Source of the DNA: Thermodesulfobacteriota bacterium
GTDB taxonomy: Bacteria; Desulfobacterota; Syntrophia; Syntrophales; JADFWA01
Assembly: GCA_034658835.1 (NCBI GenBank)
Contig: JAYEGA010000074.1
Span: 1 to 40,116, forward strand
DNA: 40,116 nucleotides
Reading direction: 5' to 3'
Made by a program: the position numbers and the translations under genes. The notes beneath the pieces are model-generated. The model did not search any database. It was not told the origin of the DNA and worked only from the letters and a program-made list of their open reading frames with translations. Below are positions 1 to 11,562 of the stretch, piece after piece (position 1 is the stretch's first letter; each line of letters begins with the position of its first letter).

Positions 1-121
1 GCATTTTCCCAGAGATATGGGCAAGAACACGATGCCCATTTTCCAGTTCAACACGAAACATTGCATTCGGCAGCGGCTCAATCACCTTACCTTCAACCTG
101 TATCGCTTCTTCTTTTACCAT
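1..121 (-). CDS. infA: Translation initiation factor IF-1 (5' part; runs off the window edge)
   Basis: Manual translation from ATG at 121: [40 protein letters not shown], the IF-1 signature; follows map; not in the ORF track. Confidence 0.95.
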   Translation of the reverse strand, partial: MVKEEAIQVEGKVIEPLPNAMFRVELENGHRVLAHISGKM

Positions 122-195
122 AAAATTTATCCTTATAAAAACATCAAAGTCGAAACAAGAAATACATTCACAGGAGCGTATTATACGATATACCC

Positions 196-945
196 TTATG
201 CCACCTTACTCAATATTACCGGACCATCCTCTGTGATTGCCACAGAATGTTCGAAGTGGGCTGAAAGCTTGCCATCGGCTGTCACTACCGTCCAGCCATC
301 GTCCAATACTTTTACTTTGTATGTTCCTTCATTCACCATAGGTTCAATCGCAAAGACCATACCTGTCTTTAACTTAATACCCCTGCCACGCACCCCGAAA
401 TTGGGGATCTGTGGATCCTCATGAAGACTTCTTCCTATCCCGTGACCCACAAAATCTCTCACCACAGAAAACCCGGCAGCCTCAACACACTCCTGTATAG
501 CAGCTGATATATCACCCAATCGATTTCCTGCCCTCATCTCTTCTATCCCACAATGTAGGGCCTCTTCAGTAGTGCTGATCAGTGCCTGCGACACACGGGA
601 AACCTCACCTACAGGAAGGGTTATGGCAGAGTCGCCATAGTATCCTTTATAATATATTCCAAAATCGAGGCTTATTATATCCCCTGCCTTAAGTACTCTA
701 TCTGACGGCATTCCGTGAACCACTTCACCGTTAACAGATGTACACAGAGAAAAAGGATATCCCCTATACCCCTTAAAGGCTGGCTTGGCGCCCATCTTCA
801 GGGCAAGTTCCTCAGAATATCTGTCCAACTCTATAGTTGTTATGCCAGGTTTTATCATATTCCTTAATTTATTCAAGATATTCGCTACGATAATGTCACT
901 CGCCATTATCTTTTCAATTTCTTCAGGAGATTTTAAGATTACCAT
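196..945 (-). CDS. map: Methionine aminopeptidase type I
   Basis: Motifs [37 protein letters not shown]; downstream of secY. Confidence 0.97.
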   Translation of the reverse strand: MVILKSPEEIEKIMASDIIVANILNKLRNMIKPGITTIELDRYSEELALKMGAKPAFKGYRGYPFSLCTSVNGEVVHGMPSDRVLKAGDIISLDFGIYYKGYYGDSAITLPVGEVSRVSQALISTTEEALHCGIEEMRAGNRLGDISAAIQECVEAAGFSVVRDFVGHGIGRSLHEDPQIPNFGVRGRGIKLKTGMVFAIEPMVNEGTYKVKVLDDGWTVVTADGKLSAHFEHSVAITEDGPVILSKVA

Positions 946-960
946 TATTTCTTTTACCTT

Positions 961-2268
961 TCAGCGCTTTTTGCCCATCCGCCCCTTCTTCATAAAACCT
1001 TCATATTGTCTCGTCAACAGATGGCTTTCTATTTGACCTGCCGTATCAAGAGCAACACCTACTACAATAAGAAGTGCAGTCCCTCCAAAGTAAAAAGGTA
1101 CATCAAACTGACTTATAAGAATACTTGGCAATACACATACTGCAGAAACGTATATGGCACCACCAAAAGTAAGCCTCGTCAAGATATTATCTATATATTC
1201 CGCTGTCCTTTTACCCGGTCTTATACCCGGAATATAGCCTCCATACTTCCTCATATTATCGGCCACATCCACGGGATTAAAAGTAACTGCTGTATAAAAA
1301 TAGCAGAAAAATATTATAAACGCTACATAGATCAATTCATATACAGCCCTTCCCGGCATCAATACATCCGCCACAGTTTTCATCCAGGGATGGGGAATAA
1401 AATTAGCAATTGTAGCAGGAAACATTATAATTGAGGAGGCAAATATGGGAGGGATAACACCCGCCGTATTAACCTTTAAAGGAAGATGGGTCGTCTGCCC
1501 GCCATACATCTTCCTCCCAACAACCCTCTTGGCATATTGAACTGGTATCTTTCTGTGCGCACTCTCCACAAAAACAATAATGCCAACAACAGCAACCATC
1601 GCTACGAAAAGAATCACAACAAAAAATATCCCCATCTCACCTGTGGATAGCAGGCGAAAGGTATTTAAAACAGCAGCTGGCCCTCGACATATTATACCCG
1701 CAAAGATGATCAGAGATATTCCATTACCAATACCCTTATCAGTAATCTGCTCTCCTAACCACATGATGAACGAAGTACCGGCGGTAAGGGTAATAACTGT
1801 CATTATCCGAAAGCTCCATCCAGGGTCAATTACGATAGATACCCCCGTAGGACCTGCCATGTTTTCCAATCCTACTGCAATACCAAACCCCTGGATTATA
1901 CTTAAAAGAACCGTTCCATACCTTGTATATTGGGTTATCTTCCTTCTTCCGGCTTCTCCTTCCTTGGAAAGCTTTTCAAGGTGAGGAATGGCAACTGTGA
2001 GCAATTGCAAAATAATAGATGCACTGATATAGGGCATAATGCCCAGGGCAAAGACCGACAAGTTGCTCAGTGCCCCTCCAGCGAACATATCAAAAAGTCC
2101 CAGAAGTGAACCCCTTGCCTGGTCAAAGAACGCTCCTAAAGCCTCCGTATCAATCCCTGGAGTTGGTACATGTACACCTATCCTGTAGACAGCCAACAGA
2201 AGAAAAGTAACGAGTATTCTCTTCTGAAGCTCCGGAATTTTCTGGATATTTTTAAAGCCGCCTAACAA
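961..2268 (-). CDS. secY: Preprotein translocase subunit SecY
   Basis: [43 protein letters not shown]; follows rplO; TTG start. Confidence 0.98.
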   Translation of the reverse strand: MLGGFKNIQKIPELQKRILVTFLLLAVYRIGVHVPTPGIDTEALGAFFDQARGSLLGLFDMFAGGALSNLSVFALGIMPYISASIILQLLTVAIPHLEKLSKEGEAGRRKITQYTRYGTVLLSIIQGFGIAVGLENMAGPTGVSIVIDPGWSFRIMTVITLTAGTSFIMWLGEQITDKGIGNGISLIIFAGIICRGPAAVLNTFRLLSTGEMGIFFVVILFVAMVAVVGIIVFVESAHRKIPVQYAKRVVGRKMYGGQTTHLPLKVNTAGVIPPIFASSIIMFPATIANFIPHPWMKTVADVLMPGRAVYELIYVAFIIFFCYFYTAVTFNPVDVADNMRKYGGYIPGIRPGKRTAEYIDNILTRLTFGGAIYVSAVCVLPSILISQFDVPFYFGGTALLIVVGVALDTAGQIESHLLTRQYEGFMKKGRMGKKR

Positions 2269-2269
2269 C

Positions 2270-2710
2270 TCAAATAACCTCTATCGAACCGCCTGCAGCC
2301 TGAATTTTCTCTCTTGCGCCGCGACTTATCCTGTCAACCTTCAGTGACAAAGGATAATCTATAAACCCTTTACCCAATATCTTGATTCCATCACCCTTCT
2401 TTTTAATAATCCCACTACTTATAAGAGTATTTGAATCAATAACTGAACCTTCTGGAAATCTTTTTAGCTGTTCTATGTTTACAGTTACGATATCCTTCCG
2501 GAAAATATTATAAAACCCCCTTTTAGGCAATCTCCTTAAAAGAGGCATCTGACCACCCTCAAATCCTGGTTTAACTCTCCCACCCGAACGGGCATTTTGC
2601 CCCTTTGACCCCCTGCACGATGTTTTCCCGTGACCTGATCCGGTCCCACGACCTACCCTTTTTCTCTTTTTTCTGGAACCCTCAGGTGGTTTTAATCCAC
2701 TCAAATCCAT
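2270..2710 (-). CDS. rplO: 50S ribosomal protein L15
   Basis: [30 protein letters not shown]. Confidence 0.97.
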   Translation of the reverse strand: MDLSGLKPPEGSRKKRKRVGRGTGSGHGKTSCRGSKGQNARSGGRVKPGFEGGQMPLLRRLPKRGFYNIFRKDIVTVNIEQLKRFPEGSVIDSNTLISSGIIKKKGDGIKILGKGFIDYPLSLKVDRISRGAREKIQAAGGSIEVI

Positions 2711-2712
2711 AT

Positions 2713-2904
2713 TTAACTTACCTCAATTTTCTCAACGGTAACCAGATGCGTAACCTTTCTTACCATCCCTCGAATCTCAGGAGTATCGCCCAGTAAGACG
2801 GCTTTATTCAACTTTCCGAGTCCCATCCCGCGAAGTACCTTCCTTTGCTTTTCCGGCCTTCCTATAAAACTTTTTACCAATGTTATCTTCAGCTTCTTTT
2901 TCAC
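2713..2904 (-). CDS. rpmD: 50S ribosomal protein L30
   Basis: [23 protein letters not shown]; between rpsE and rplO. Confidence 0.95.
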   Translation of the reverse strand: MKKKLKITLVKSFIGRPEKQRKVLRGMGLGKLNKAVLLGDTPEIRGMVRKVTHLVTVEKIEVS

Positions 2905-2939
2905 GTCCTGCTCCTATGTCCTATGCACTAATGGAAGCA

Positions 2940-3419
2940 TCAAATTTCGGAAACATCTTTCCCCCTAAGAGCCGCGATTTCCTCAGACGTTTTCATCTTA
3001 CGAAGACCATCAATCGTTGCTTTGACTAAATTATGAGGGTTATGTGAACCAAGACATTTTGTTAATATATTATGAACCCCGGCAACTTCCAAAACCGCTC
3101 TAACAGCACCTCCCGCTATGAGACCGGTTCCCTCGGAAGCCGGCTTGAGAAGAACTTTCCCAGCCCCAGAATGTCCTATCACCCCATAAGGAATTGTCCT
3201 GTTAATAATTGCAACCTTTATTTGATTCTTCTTGGCCTCCTCCATACCCTTTCTTATCGCCCCAGGGACTTCATTGGCTTTCCCCAACCCAAAACCAACA
3301 GAACCATTACCGTCACCAACAACGACAACTGCACTAAATCTAAATTTCCTGCCACCTTTGACAACCTTGGCTGTCCGCTTAATAGCAATAACCCTGTCAA
3401 GAAGTTCCAATTCTTCCAT
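2940..3419 (-). CDS. rpsE: 30S ribosomal protein S5
   Basis: [32 protein letters not shown]. Confidence 0.97.
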   Translation of the reverse strand: MEELELLDRVIAIKRTAKVVKGGRKFRFSAVVVVGDGNGSVGFGLGKANEVPGAIRKGMEEAKKNQIKVAIINRTIPYGVIGHSGAGKVLLKPASEGTGLIAGGAVRAVLEVAGVHNILTKCLGSHNPHNLVKATIDGLRKMKTSEEIAALRGKDVSEI

Positions 3420-3498
3420 ATTCTTGTAATACCCCTAAAAACAATAAAAGATGTTTTGATTAGTGTACACCAATCAAATGAGTGAAAAGATCAATTAA

Positions 3499-3864
3499 TT
3501 AAAATTTCAAGCCCGCTTCCCTGGCAGCCTCAGCAAGGGCTTTAACACGTCCATGATAAAGAAACATTCCTCTATCAAAAATAACTTTTGTTACATTATC
3601 AGACAATAATTTCTCGGTCATCAATTTGCCCACCTCACGAGCAGCATCCATTTTCTTTAATCCCACAATTTTCCCCTTCAATTCCTTGCTAAGGGTTGAA
3701 GCTTCGGCCAGGGTCTTCCCCAAATCATCAGCAATTGCCTGTACGTATATATGCTTCGAACTCCTGAACACAGAAAAACGGGGTTTCTCCTGAGTGCCAA
3801 AAATTTTTCCCCTGACTCTCTTTTTACGTTTAATCCTGTTCTTTATTATTTTTTTAGATGCCAA
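3499..3864 (-). CDS. rplR: 50S ribosomal protein L18
   Basis: [38 protein letters not shown]. Confidence 0.97.
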   Translation of the reverse strand: MASKKIIKNRIKRKKRVRGKIFGTQEKPRFSVFRSSKHIYVQAIADDLGKTLAEASTLSKELKGKIVGLKKMDAAREVGKLMTEKLLSDNVTKVIFDRGMFLYHGRVKALAEAAREAGLKF

Positions 3865-3868
3865 TATT

Positions 3869-4408
3869 CTATACTCCTGCAGATTTTCCAGCCTTCCTTT
3901 TTATATGCTCACCAGAATACTTTATTCCTTTTCCTTTGTAGGGTTCTGGTTTCCTAAAACTCCTGATCTCCGCTGCTACTCTTCCGACAAGTTCTTTATC
4001 TATGCCGGAAATTACTACTATCACTTGCTTGTCGACCTTAACAGAAATCCCTCCAGGTATTTTGTATTCTACAGGATGGGAATAACCGAGCAACAACCTC
4101 AGAATATCACCCTTTACCTCAGCACGATAACCAACACCTGATATTTCCAGGGTTTTCTCAAAACCGGCAGTAACCCCTGTTACCATATTCACAATCAACG
4201 TCCTCACAAGACCATGAACAGACCTTCCTTTTTTGTCCTCGGAAAGCCTCTTCACCGCAATTATCCCCTTATCAAAAGCAATTTCAACACCCTCGGGAAC
4301 TTTCATCGACAAGGTTCCCCCTGGACCCTCGACATCGATTATAGAATTGTCCTGTCTAATCTTCACACCTTCTGGAACTTCTATTGGTTTTTTACCAATT
4401 CTCGACAT
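3869..4408 (-). CDS. rplF: 50S ribosomal protein L6
   Basis: [26 protein letters not shown]. Confidence 0.97.
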   Translation of the reverse strand: MSRIGKKPIEVPEGVKIRQDNSIIDVEGPGGTLSMKVPEGVEIAFDKGIIAVKRLSEDKKGRSVHGLVRTLIVNMVTGVTAGFEKTLEISGVGYRAEVKGDILRLLLGYSHPVEYKIPGGISVKVDKQVIVVISGIDKELVGRVAAEIRSFRKPEPYKGKGIKYSGEHIKRKAGKSAGV

Positions 4409-4531
4409 TTATAAATCTCCCGATTCCAGGATAGCTAACAACTATCATACTTCTTAGTCCGGACAAACCGGAACCAAAACAGGTTAAGAACAAAAAGTGC
4501 CTAAAGTTTGAAGTAAGCTAAAGTTGAGGTA

Positions 4532-4933
4532 CTACCACACATTGCAGAGAATCTCGCCGCCAACTTTTAACTTTCTTGCCTCTTTATCGGTTATAATTCC
4601 TTTTGACGTTGAAAGTATGGCTACACCATAACCATTTAAAACTTTTGGTATCTTTTCACTTTTAACGTAAACCCTTCTTCCCGGTTTACTAACCCTCTGT
4701 ATACCTGTTATAGTTCTTTCCTTTGAATCCGAATACTTCAAACATATCTTTAATACTTCTCGCCCACTACTATCCCTTTTAACATTAAATCTGCTGATGT
4801 AACCTGCCTCATTCAAGACCTTGGCAATATTTAGATTTACTCTTGACAATAATACTTCAACCTTATCGAATCTTACCATATTAGCGTTTCTTATTCTTGT
4901 CAGCATATCTGCTATTGGATCGGACATCCCCAT
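4532..4933 (-). CDS. rpsH: 30S ribosomal protein S8
   Basis: SDPIADMLTRIRNA, RVSKPGRRVY, STSKG. Confidence 0.97.
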   Translation of the reverse strand: MGMSDPIADMLTRIRNANMVRFDKVEVLLSRVNLNIAKVLNEAGYISRFNVKRDSSGREVLKICLKYSDSKERTITGIQRVSKPGRRVYVKSEKIPKVLNGYGVAILSTSKGIITDKEARKLKVGGEILCNVW

Positions 4934-4962
4934 ACTGCTTCTCCTTAATATTTGTAACCATT

Positions 4963-5063
4963 CAGATATTCGGTCTGTTCGGGGAACAGGCCACCTATAG
5001 GGACCGATGCCCTCATCGGCCTTAAACTCGGTCTGTTCAGGGAACAGACCCTACAGATATTCG
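4963..5063. repeat. Palindromic (REP/MITE-like) insert flanked by 10-bp direct repeats in the rpsN-rpsH spacer
   Basis: CAGATATTCG at 4963-4972 and 5054-5063; two copies of GGTCTGTTC-N3-GAACAG(A/G)CC (4972-4992, 5030-5050) around a CCGATG-N4-CATCGG hairpin (5004-5019). Confidence 0.7.
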
Positions 5064-5066
5064 TTG

Positions 5067-5252
5067 TTACCAGCTTGATTTTATCATCCCAGGAATTTCC
5101 CCAACAAGAGCAAACTTTCTCAAACATATCCTACACATATCAAGTTTTCTATAATATGCTCTTGGCCTCCCACAAAGAGGACACCGACTGTATTCCCTGA
5201 CATTAAATTTCTTTTTTCTTTTTGCCTTCGCAATTAGAGACTTTCTCGCCAC
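5067..5252 (-). CDS. rpsN: 30S ribosomal protein S14, short Zn-binding type Z
   Basis: 61 aa with RCPLCGRPR and MCRIC (two CxxC motifs); GTG start. Confidence 0.97.
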   Translation of the reverse strand: MARKSLIAKAKRKKKFNVREYSRCPLCGRPRAYYRKLDMCRICLRKFALVGEIPGMIKSSW

Positions 5253-5385
5253 ATGTAACTCCTATCTGAGTTTCGATCAGAACAATCTATAACTCTAAAA
5301 TATACTTTTTTGCCGGCCATGGCCTCCGGAAAACCTCCGGCGAATTTTATCGTATCTCTTAAAACTTTACATGTAACCTGCGACT

Positions 5386-5925
5386 TCAATTCTTAAAAGG
5401 TATCCCCATAAGTTTTAAGAGTTGTCTTCCCTCATCATCTGTTTTAGCCGAGGTAACTATCACTATATTCATTCCCCTGACCTTATCAATCTTATCATAA
5501 TCAACCTCGGGAAAGATGAACTGTTCCAAAATCCCCATGGAGAAATTCCCTCTTCCATCAAAAGATTTAGGTGAAATACCCCTGAAATCTCTAACCCTTG
5601 GGAGGGCAACATTAGCAAGCCTGTCAAAAAACTCATACATTCTGTCCCCCCTTAAAGTAACCATACATCCTATTGACATACCTTTACGCAGCTTAAATGT
5701 AGCAATCGACTTCCTCGCCTTTGTAACAACCGACTTCTGTCCCACAATCACTGAAAGTTCCTGAACAGCATTATCAATTATCTTGATATTTTGAATCGCC
5801 TCACCCAAACCCATATTCACAATAATTTTTTCGAGTTTAGGAACCTCCATCCTGTTTTTATATTCAAATTCCTTCATCAAAACAGGAATTACTTCTTTCT
5901 TGTAATGTTCTTTTAATCTCGCCAT
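5386..5925 (-). CDS. rplE: 50S ribosomal protein L5
   Basis: [30 protein letters not shown]. Confidence 0.97.
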   Translation of the reverse strand: MARLKEHYKKEVIPVLMKEFEYKNRMEVPKLEKIIVNMGLGEAIQNIKIIDNAVQELSVIVGQKSVVTKARKSIATFKLRKGMSIGCMVTLRGDRMYEFFDRLANVALPRVRDFRGISPKSFDGRGNFSMGILEQFIFPEVDYDKIDKVRGMNIVIVTSAKTDDEGRQLLKLMGIPFKN

Positions 5926-5940
5926 TCATCTTTCCTTAGT

Positions 5941-6261
5941 TTAATCATCCAATATCTCATTACATTTCTTGCAAACACGTACATTTTTTCCATCTTCCAA
6001 TAATTGGTATCCAATCCTGACACCGGTGTCACATTTGTTACACATTAACATAACATTGGATATATGTATTGACCCTTCCATCTCAACGATGCCACCCTTT
6101 CCCTGTGCATCCGGTCTCTGATGTTTTTTGATAAAATTTAACTTCTCCACAACTACACGGTTTTTCTTTTTGACAATATTAAGTATCTTGCCGGTCTTCC
6201 CCTTTTCCTTACCGCCAATAACCACAACCACATCACCCTTTTTCAGATGCTTTCCATGCAT
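5941..6261 (-). CDS. rplX: 50S ribosomal protein L24
   Basis: KOW motif LKKGDVVVVIGGKEKGK and IHISNV; start moved to ATG 6261 (GAGGA RBS upstream). Confidence 0.95.
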   Translation of the reverse strand: MHGKHLKKGDVVVVIGGKEKGKTGKILNIVKKKNRVVVEKLNFIKKHQRPDAQGKGGIVEMEGSIHISNVMLMCNKCDTGVRIGYQLLEDGKNVRVCKKCNEILDD

Positions 6262-6360
6262 ATTCAATTCCTCAACATTTATGCTCTCATTTGCAAACAA
6301 CATCGTATCATGAAATCCAACAGGCTCTCCTGACCCCGGCAAACTGATCCCTGTCAACTA

Positions 6361-6729
6361 TTACAATACTTCAGGCGCCAGAGACACAATCCTCATGAAT
6401 TGTTTCGCCCTCAACTCACGAGCTACTGGTCCAAATATCCTTGTCCCTATAGGCTCCATTTGATTATTTATAAGTACAGCGGAGTTATCACTAAATCTAA
6501 GGTATGTGCCATCCGGTCTTCTGACCTCTTTTGCTGTTCTTACAATGACAGCCCTCATTACATCCCCTTTTTTAACCTTTGAATTGGGAACTGCCTCTTT
6601 TACTGATACTACTATTATGTCGCCAATACTGGCATACCTTCTTTTAGAGCCTCCAAGTACTTTAATGCAACCGACCTTTTTTGCACCCGAATTATCCGCC
6701 ACATTTAAAATAGTCTGCATCTGAATCAT
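6361..6729 (-). CDS. rplN: 50S ribosomal protein L14
   Basis: [17 protein letters not shown]...[12 protein letters not shown]; start at ATG 6729 gives the canonical 122 aa. Confidence 0.97.
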   Translation of the reverse strand: MIQMQTILNVADNSGAKKVGCIKVLGGSKRRYASIGDIIVVSVKEAVPNSKVKKGDVMRAVIVRTAKEVRRPDGTYLRFSDNSAVLINNQMEPIGTRIFGPVARELRAKQFMRIVSLAPEVL

Positions 6730-6861
6730 AAAAAATACCCCAACAAAATTGCATTCTCCGCCTTGAAGAACCATCAATATTGAATGTTTAATTATTAATT
6801 GATGCTCCGAAAGCTTATCAGCCCAATTTTCTTTTTGTTGCTGAAAGCTGACCCCTTTCGA

Positions 6862-7119
6862 TTACTTCACCTTTTTCAATATTTCTCGCATTCTCCATCT
6901 CACGTCTTTACTAAGAGGGCGTGATTCAACAATTAATACTCTATCACCAATATTACATCTATTTTCCTCGTCACGAACCTTATATTTAGCATGTTTCCTT
7001 ACATACTTACGGAATCTGGGGTGTTTTACTAACCTCTCCACCAAAACGACGATAGTTTTATCCATTTTATCACTAATCACAACACCCTGTACGGTTCTTC
7101 TATTACCCCGATCACCCAT
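6862..7119 (-). CDS. rpsQ: 30S ribosomal protein S17
   Basis: [21 protein letters not shown]. Confidence 0.96.
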   Translation of the reverse strand: MGDRGNRRTVQGVVISDKMDKTIVVLVERLVKHPRFRKYVRKHAKYKVRDEENRCNIGDRVLIVESRPLSKDVRWRMREILKKVK

Positions 7120-7121
7120 AT

Positions 7122-7316
7122 TTACTTTTGAGCCTCTCTTTCCCTTAAAACAGTCTTTAGGCGAGCTATATTTCTTCTAACCTTTCTCATCAGGAGAGGA
7201 GAGTCCAACTGCGCAGTAGCATGCTGTATGCGGAGATTGAAAAGCTCCTCAACAAACTCTCTCTCTTTCTGTTTCAGTTCATCAATACTAAGATCTCTGA
7301 CTTCCTTAATTCTCAT
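7122..7316 (-). CDS. rpmC: 50S ribosomal protein L29
   Basis: ELFNLR..., [12 protein letters not shown]; between rplP and rpsQ. Confidence 0.95.
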   Translation of the reverse strand: MRIKEVRDLSIDELKQKEREFVEELFNLRIQHATAQLDSPLLMRKVRRNIARLKTVLREREAQK

Positions 7317-7728
7317 CAAATATCTCCCTGAAAAGGAACTTTGTCGATATCGGAAGTTTATGTGATGCTAACCTGAAGGCTTCACGAGCCACATCTTTCG
7401 AAACCCCTTCCATTTCATACAGAATCATACCAGGCTTCACAACTGCAACCCATTCCTCAGGAGATCCCTTTCCTTTTCCCATACGAGTCTCTGCCGGTTT
7501 TTTAGTAAGCGATTTATGAGGAAACAACCTTATCCAGATTTTCCCTCCGCGCCTAACATGACGAGTTATGGCAATACGCGCAGACTCAATTTGTCTCGCA
7601 GTTATCCTTCCACATTCAGTTGCTTGCAGGCCATATTCCCCAAAAGATATATTACAACCCCTACAAGGTTTTCCTTTCATGCGACCTTTTTGCAACTTTC
7701 TATATTTTACCCTCTTCGGCATTAACAT
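7306..7728 (-). CDS. rplP: 50S ribosomal protein L16
   Basis: [24 protein letters not shown]. Confidence 0.97.
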   Translation of the reverse strand: MLMPKRVKYRKLQKGRMKGKPCRGCNISFGEYGLQATECGRITARQIESARIAITRHVRRGGKIWIRLFPHKSLTKKPAETRMGKGKGSPEEWVAVVKPGMILYEMEGVSKDVAREAFRLASHKLPISTKFLFREIFDEN

Positions 7729-7752
7729 GTTTTAAAACCCCCAATCCAGCTC

Positions 7753-8397
7753 TCAACTGTCAGCTTTCTTATCCGGAAGTATCTCACCATGGAATATCAG
7801 AACCTTTACACCAATAATCCCGTAAGTTGTACGCGCCCCAGAAAAACCGTAATCAATATTTGCTCTCAATGTGTGAAGAGGAACCTTTCCTTCCCTATAC
7901 CATTCCCTTCTCGCCATCTCTGCTCCCCCAAGTCTTCCAGAACAGGTTACCCTTATTCCCTTGGCACCAAATTTGAGGGCAGATGTAACACTTCTTCTCA
8001 TAGCCCTCCTAAAGGCAACCCTTCTCTCAAGCTGAAGGGCAATATTCTCAGCAACAAGTTGTGCATCTATTTCCGGCTTGCGCACCTCAAGGATATTTAT
8101 GATTGTCTCGCTTTCGGTAATCTTTTCAATATCTTTCTTAAGTTTTTCGATCTCTGATCCCTTTCTACCTATGAGAATCCCCGGTCTGGCAGCATGAATG
8201 TTTATCTTAGCCTTATCGGTGGCTCTCTCAATCTCTATCCTCGATATACCTGCACGATAAAATTTTCCTTTCAGGTACTTTCTGATTGCAATATCTTCAT
8301 GAAGTAACTCGCTATAGTTTCTTTCTGCAAACCACTGAGAACCCCATGTCTTGTTAATGCCCAGTCTAAACCCGATTGGATTAACTTTTTGCCCCAA
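7753..8397 (-). CDS. rpsC: 30S ribosomal protein S3
   Basis: [32 protein letters not shown]. Confidence 0.97.
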   Translation of the reverse strand: MGQKVNPIGFRLGINKTWGSQWFAERNYSELLHEDIAIRKYLKGKFYRAGISRIEIERATDKAKINIHAARPGILIGRKGSEIEKLKKDIEKITESETIINILEVRKPEIDAQLVAENIALQLERRVAFRRAMRRSVTSALKFGAKGIRVTCSGRLGGAEMARREWYREGKVPLHTLRANIDYGFSGARTTYGIIGVKVLIFHGEILPDKKADS

Positions 8398-8416
8398 GCC
8401 TTTACCTCCTTATTCT

Positions 8417-8749
8417 CTACTCTTCATCTAGTATAACGGTTATATGGCTCATTCTCTTTTTTATCATAGCCGCTCTTCCCTGTGCTCTTGCCCTCCATCT
8501 TTTCAATGTCGGACCCTGACCCACAAATATCTCTTTCACATAAAGTATCTTTTCATCAATATTAGGATTCTGTGCTGCATTCGCAATTGCCGATTTTAAC
8601 ACTTTTTCCACAATACCAGCAGCCTTTTTCCTCGTAAAGGCCAATACCCTTTGTGCTTCTTCGATTTTCTTCCCCCTGATCAGATCCACCACTAATCTTG
8701 CCTTCTGTGGTGAAATCCGGACATATTTGGCAATAGCCCTTGTTTCCAT
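8417..8749 (-). CDS. rplV: 50S ribosomal protein L22
   Basis: RISPQKARLVVDLIRG, RARAQGRA, SHIT. Confidence 0.97.
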   Translation of the reverse strand: METRAIAKYVRISPQKARLVVDLIRGKKIEEAQRVLAFTRKKAAGIVEKVLKSAIANAAQNPNIDEKILYVKEIFVGQGPTLKRWRARAQGRAAMIKKRMSHITVILDEE

Positions 8750-8787
8750 ATCTCTTTAAACTCCAATCTCAACAATAACAACGTAAC

Positions 8788-9069
8788 TTATCTGCGTAAC
8801 TTCGACTTTCTGTCACCTGCATGGCTATAAAATGTTCTTGTTGGCGCAAACTCACCAAGTTTGTGCCCAACCATGTTTTCTGTGATGAATACAGGAATAA
8901 ATCTCTTTCCGTTATGAACAGCAAAGGTATGACCAACTAACTCAGGGGTAACTGTAGAACGACGTGACCAGGTTTTGATCACGCTTCTGTCTCCCGCATC
9001 ATCAGCTTTTCTTACCTTGTTAATAAGTTTTTCATCAATATATGGTCCTTTCTTAATTGAACGAGCCAT
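8788..9069 (-). CDS. rpsS: 30S ribosomal protein S19
   Basis: [25 protein letters not shown]. Confidence 0.97.
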   Translation of the reverse strand: MARSIKKGPYIDEKLINKVRKADDAGDRSVIKTWSRRSTVTPELVGHTFAVHNGKRFIPVFITENMVGHKLGEFAPTRTFYSHAGDRKSKLRR

Positions 9070-9072
9070 TCC

Positions 9073-9894
9073 TTAACCCCTTTTTCTAATAATATACTTG
9101 TCTGAATCCCTGTTTTTCCTTGTTTTATACCCTTTAGTAGGAACTCCCCAAGGTGTTACAGGATGTCTTCCTCCTGAAGATTTGCCCTCTCCTCCACCAT
9201 GAGGATGATCAACAGGATTCATCACCACGCCACGTACTTTGGGGCGTCTCCCCAGCCATCTTGTCCTCCCGGCCTTTCCCAGACTTATATTCTCATGATC
9301 GACATTCCCCACCTGTCCGATTGTGGCTCTGCACTCCAACAAAACCTTTCTCACTTCCCTGGAGGGGAGCCTAACCTGAGCATATTTTCCTTCCTTCGCC
9401 ATGATCTGACCATAGGAACCCGCGCTTCTGATCAGCTGCCCCCCCTTGCCAATCTTCATCTCCAAATTATGAATATGAGAACCGAGGGGTATGTTTTTCA
9501 GTGTGGTTACATTGCCCGGTTTTATTTCAACATTTTCACCACTTACAAGCACATCTCCCACTTTAACATCCAGCGGAGCAAGGATATACCTTTTTTCTCC
9601 ATCAAGATAATGAAGAAGGGCTATCCTTGAAGACCGATTGGGATCATACTCAATAGAAGCCACACTGGCTGGCACATCCATTTTCTCCCGCTTAAAATCT
9701 ATTATCCTGTACCTTCTCTTATGCCTTCCACCGATATGCCTGCTGGTTATTCTTCCATTGTTGTTCCTGCCACCGGTTCGACTCAGAGGTTGCAAAAGTC
9801 TCTTTTCCGGTTGAGTTTTTGTAATTTCTTCGAAAGTCGAACAGGTCTGAGACCTTCTGCCTGGTGATGTTGGTTTATACTTTTTAATTGCCAT
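9073..9894 (-). CDS. rplB: 50S ribosomal protein L2
   Basis: [29 protein letters not shown]. Confidence 0.98.
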   Translation of the reverse strand: MAIKKYKPTSPGRRSQTCSTFEEITKTQPEKRLLQPLSRTGGRNNNGRITSRHIGGRHKRRYRIIDFKREKMDVPASVASIEYDPNRSSRIALLHYLDGEKRYILAPLDVKVGDVLVSGENVEIKPGNVTTLKNIPLGSHIHNLEMKIGKGGQLIRSAGSYGQIMAKEGKYAQVRLPSREVRKVLLECRATIGQVGNVDHENISLGKAGRTRWLGRRPKVRGVVMNPVDHPHGGGEGKSSGGRHPVTPWGVPTKGYKTRKNRDSDKYIIRKRG

Positions 9895-9929
9895 CTGTTC
9901 TAATCCTTTAGCCTTTAGCCTTTCTCTTA

Positions 9930-10217
9930 TTAAACCCCTTCATAGATGTCTATTCTATCACCGGAAGCAAGAGTAACTATAGCCTTCCTCCAATCGCTCT
10001 TCTTACCTACAGTTTTCCCCATTCTCCTCTTCTTGCCACGCACATTCATAGTACGAACATTTAAAACTTTTACTTTAAAAAGCTGCTCAACTGCTTTGGA
10101 AATTTCGATTTTATTTGCCCTACGGTCTACCTCAAAGAAATATTTGTTCTCTTCATCTCTTGCAATGGCACTCTTTTCCGTAATAATCGGTTTTTTTATG
10201 ACATAATATATATCCAT
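9930..10217 (-). CDS. rplW: 50S ribosomal protein L23
   Basis: [29 protein letters not shown]. Confidence 0.96.
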   Translation of the reverse strand: MDIYYVIKKPIITEKSAIARDEENKYFFEVDRRANKIEISKAVEQLFKVKVLNVRTMNVRGKKRRMGKTVGKKSDWRKAIVTLASGDRIDIYEGV

Positions 10218-10843
10218 TATGAAAGCATTGCTCCTTCAATTATCTTGACCGTTGGTTCTAACAGAACGAGGCTATCATACCTCAACAGGTCATATACATT
10301 AATACCCTCTGCCCTCATCATCTTTATTTCTTTAATATTTCTTGAAGATTTCTCCAATACAGGATTTGACTTATCCAAAACAAAGAGAGCGCTTTTCAAT
10401 CCGAATTTATCAAGTACTTCTTTGAATTTCTTTGTCTTTATCTCCTCCATGGGAAAATCTCTGAGAATTAATATTTTCTCTTCTTTAACCTTCATACTAA
10501 GGGCAGATATAAGAGCTGCTTTTCTTACCTTCTTTGGCACTCTAAAAGAATAATCTCTTGGTTTGGGTCCAAACGTGACCCCACCACCTCTCCAGATAGG
10601 GGATCTTATAGTTCCTGCTCTCGCCCTTCCTGTCCCTTTCTGGCGCCACGGTTTTCTACCACCTCCTCTGACATCGCTCCTGCCCTTCGTTGAGGATGTT
10701 CCAAGCCTCCTCGCAGCCATCTGCATTTTCACGACCTCGTAAATAAGAGCTTCCTTTATCTCCGCATCAAAGACAGAATCATTGAGCTCTATTTCAGAAA
10801 CCTTGTTATTCTCAATATCATAAACATTTAAACCCGACATCAT
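10217..10843 (-). CDS. rplD: 50S ribosomal protein L4
   Basis: GGGRKPWRQKGTGRARAG, RGGGVTFGPKP. Confidence 0.97.
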   Translation of the reverse strand: MMSGLNVYDIENNKVSEIELNDSVFDAEIKEALIYEVVKMQMAARRLGTSSTKGRSDVRGGGRKPWRQKGTGRARAGTIRSPIWRGGGVTFGPKPRDYSFRVPKKVRKAALISALSMKVKEEKILILRDFPMEEIKTKKFKEVLDKFGLKSALFVLDKSNPVLEKSSRNIKEIKMMRAEGINVYDLLRYDSLVLLEPTVKIIEGAMLS

Positions 10844-10860
10844 ACCACTCCAGATCCTAT

Positions 10861-11496
10861 TTAATCACGCTTTTTAATCGAACTCTTAACTAAAACAATA
10901 CCGTTTCTGCTCCCCGGAACCGATCCTCTAACCAGAATCAGGTTTTTTTCTGGTTTAACCCCTACTACCACTAGATTTTGTATCGTTTCCCTCTTGTTAC
11001 CCATATGCCCTGGAAGTTTCTTCCCCTTAAAAACTCTTGAGGGATATGCGCTGGCCCCTAAAGATCCTGGCGCCCTGTGAAACATCGAACCATGGGTAGC
11101 TTTACCTCCTTTAAAACCATACCTCTTTATAACACCAGCAAAACCTCTTCCTTTACTCATTCCAACTACATCAACATAGTCACCTACTTCAAAAATATCA
11201 GCCTTCAGTTCTTGCCCTTCTTCGTAATCTTCAGGGGGCATCATCCTGAATTCCCTCAAAACCTGAAAAAAACCACTACCTGCTTTTTTTAAGTGTCCTT
11301 GTATCGGCTTAGTAATGCTCTTTTGTTTCTTTTGTCCAAAACCCAACTGCACGGCATCGTAACCATCAATTTCCCTGGTCTTTTTCTGTATAACTACGCA
11401 GGGACCCATCTCGATAGCTGTAACCGGAATGGCTATTCCATCTTCTGAAAATACCTGCGTCATCCCCAATTTTCTGCCTATAAGTCCTTTTTCCAT
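10861..11496 (-). CDS. rplC: 50S ribosomal protein L3
   Basis: GRKLGMTQVF, SKGRGFAGVIKR, RAPGS, VRGSVPG; start ATG 11496 (GTG 11502 is an alternative). Confidence 0.97.
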   Translation of the reverse strand: MEKGLIGRKLGMTQVFSEDGIAIPVTAIEMGPCVVIQKKTREIDGYDAVQLGFGQKKQKSITKPIQGHLKKAGSGFFQVLREFRMMPPEDYEEGQELKADIFEVGDYVDVVGMSKGRGFAGVIKRYGFKGGKATHGSMFHRAPGSLGASAYPSRVFKGKKLPGHMGNKRETIQNLVVVGVKPEKNLILVRGSVPGSRNGIVLVKSSIKKRD

Positions 11497-11562
11497 AACC
11501 ACTTTTCTTTAAGCCAAAATTTGCAACGCGAGCACAGACTAAGAGCTCTGCTTAAATTATAC

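Noticed and set aside
4945-5127. 60-aa minus-strand ORF across the rpsN-rpsH spacer
   Set aside because: Overlaps rpsN out of frame and runs through the palindromic insert; no RBS or protein-like features
6262-6777. N-terminal extensions of rplX (to 6357) and rplN (to 6777) in the ORF track
   Set aside because: Canonical starts exist at 6261 and 6729; the extensions begin at TTG codons in spacer DNA and show no family similarity
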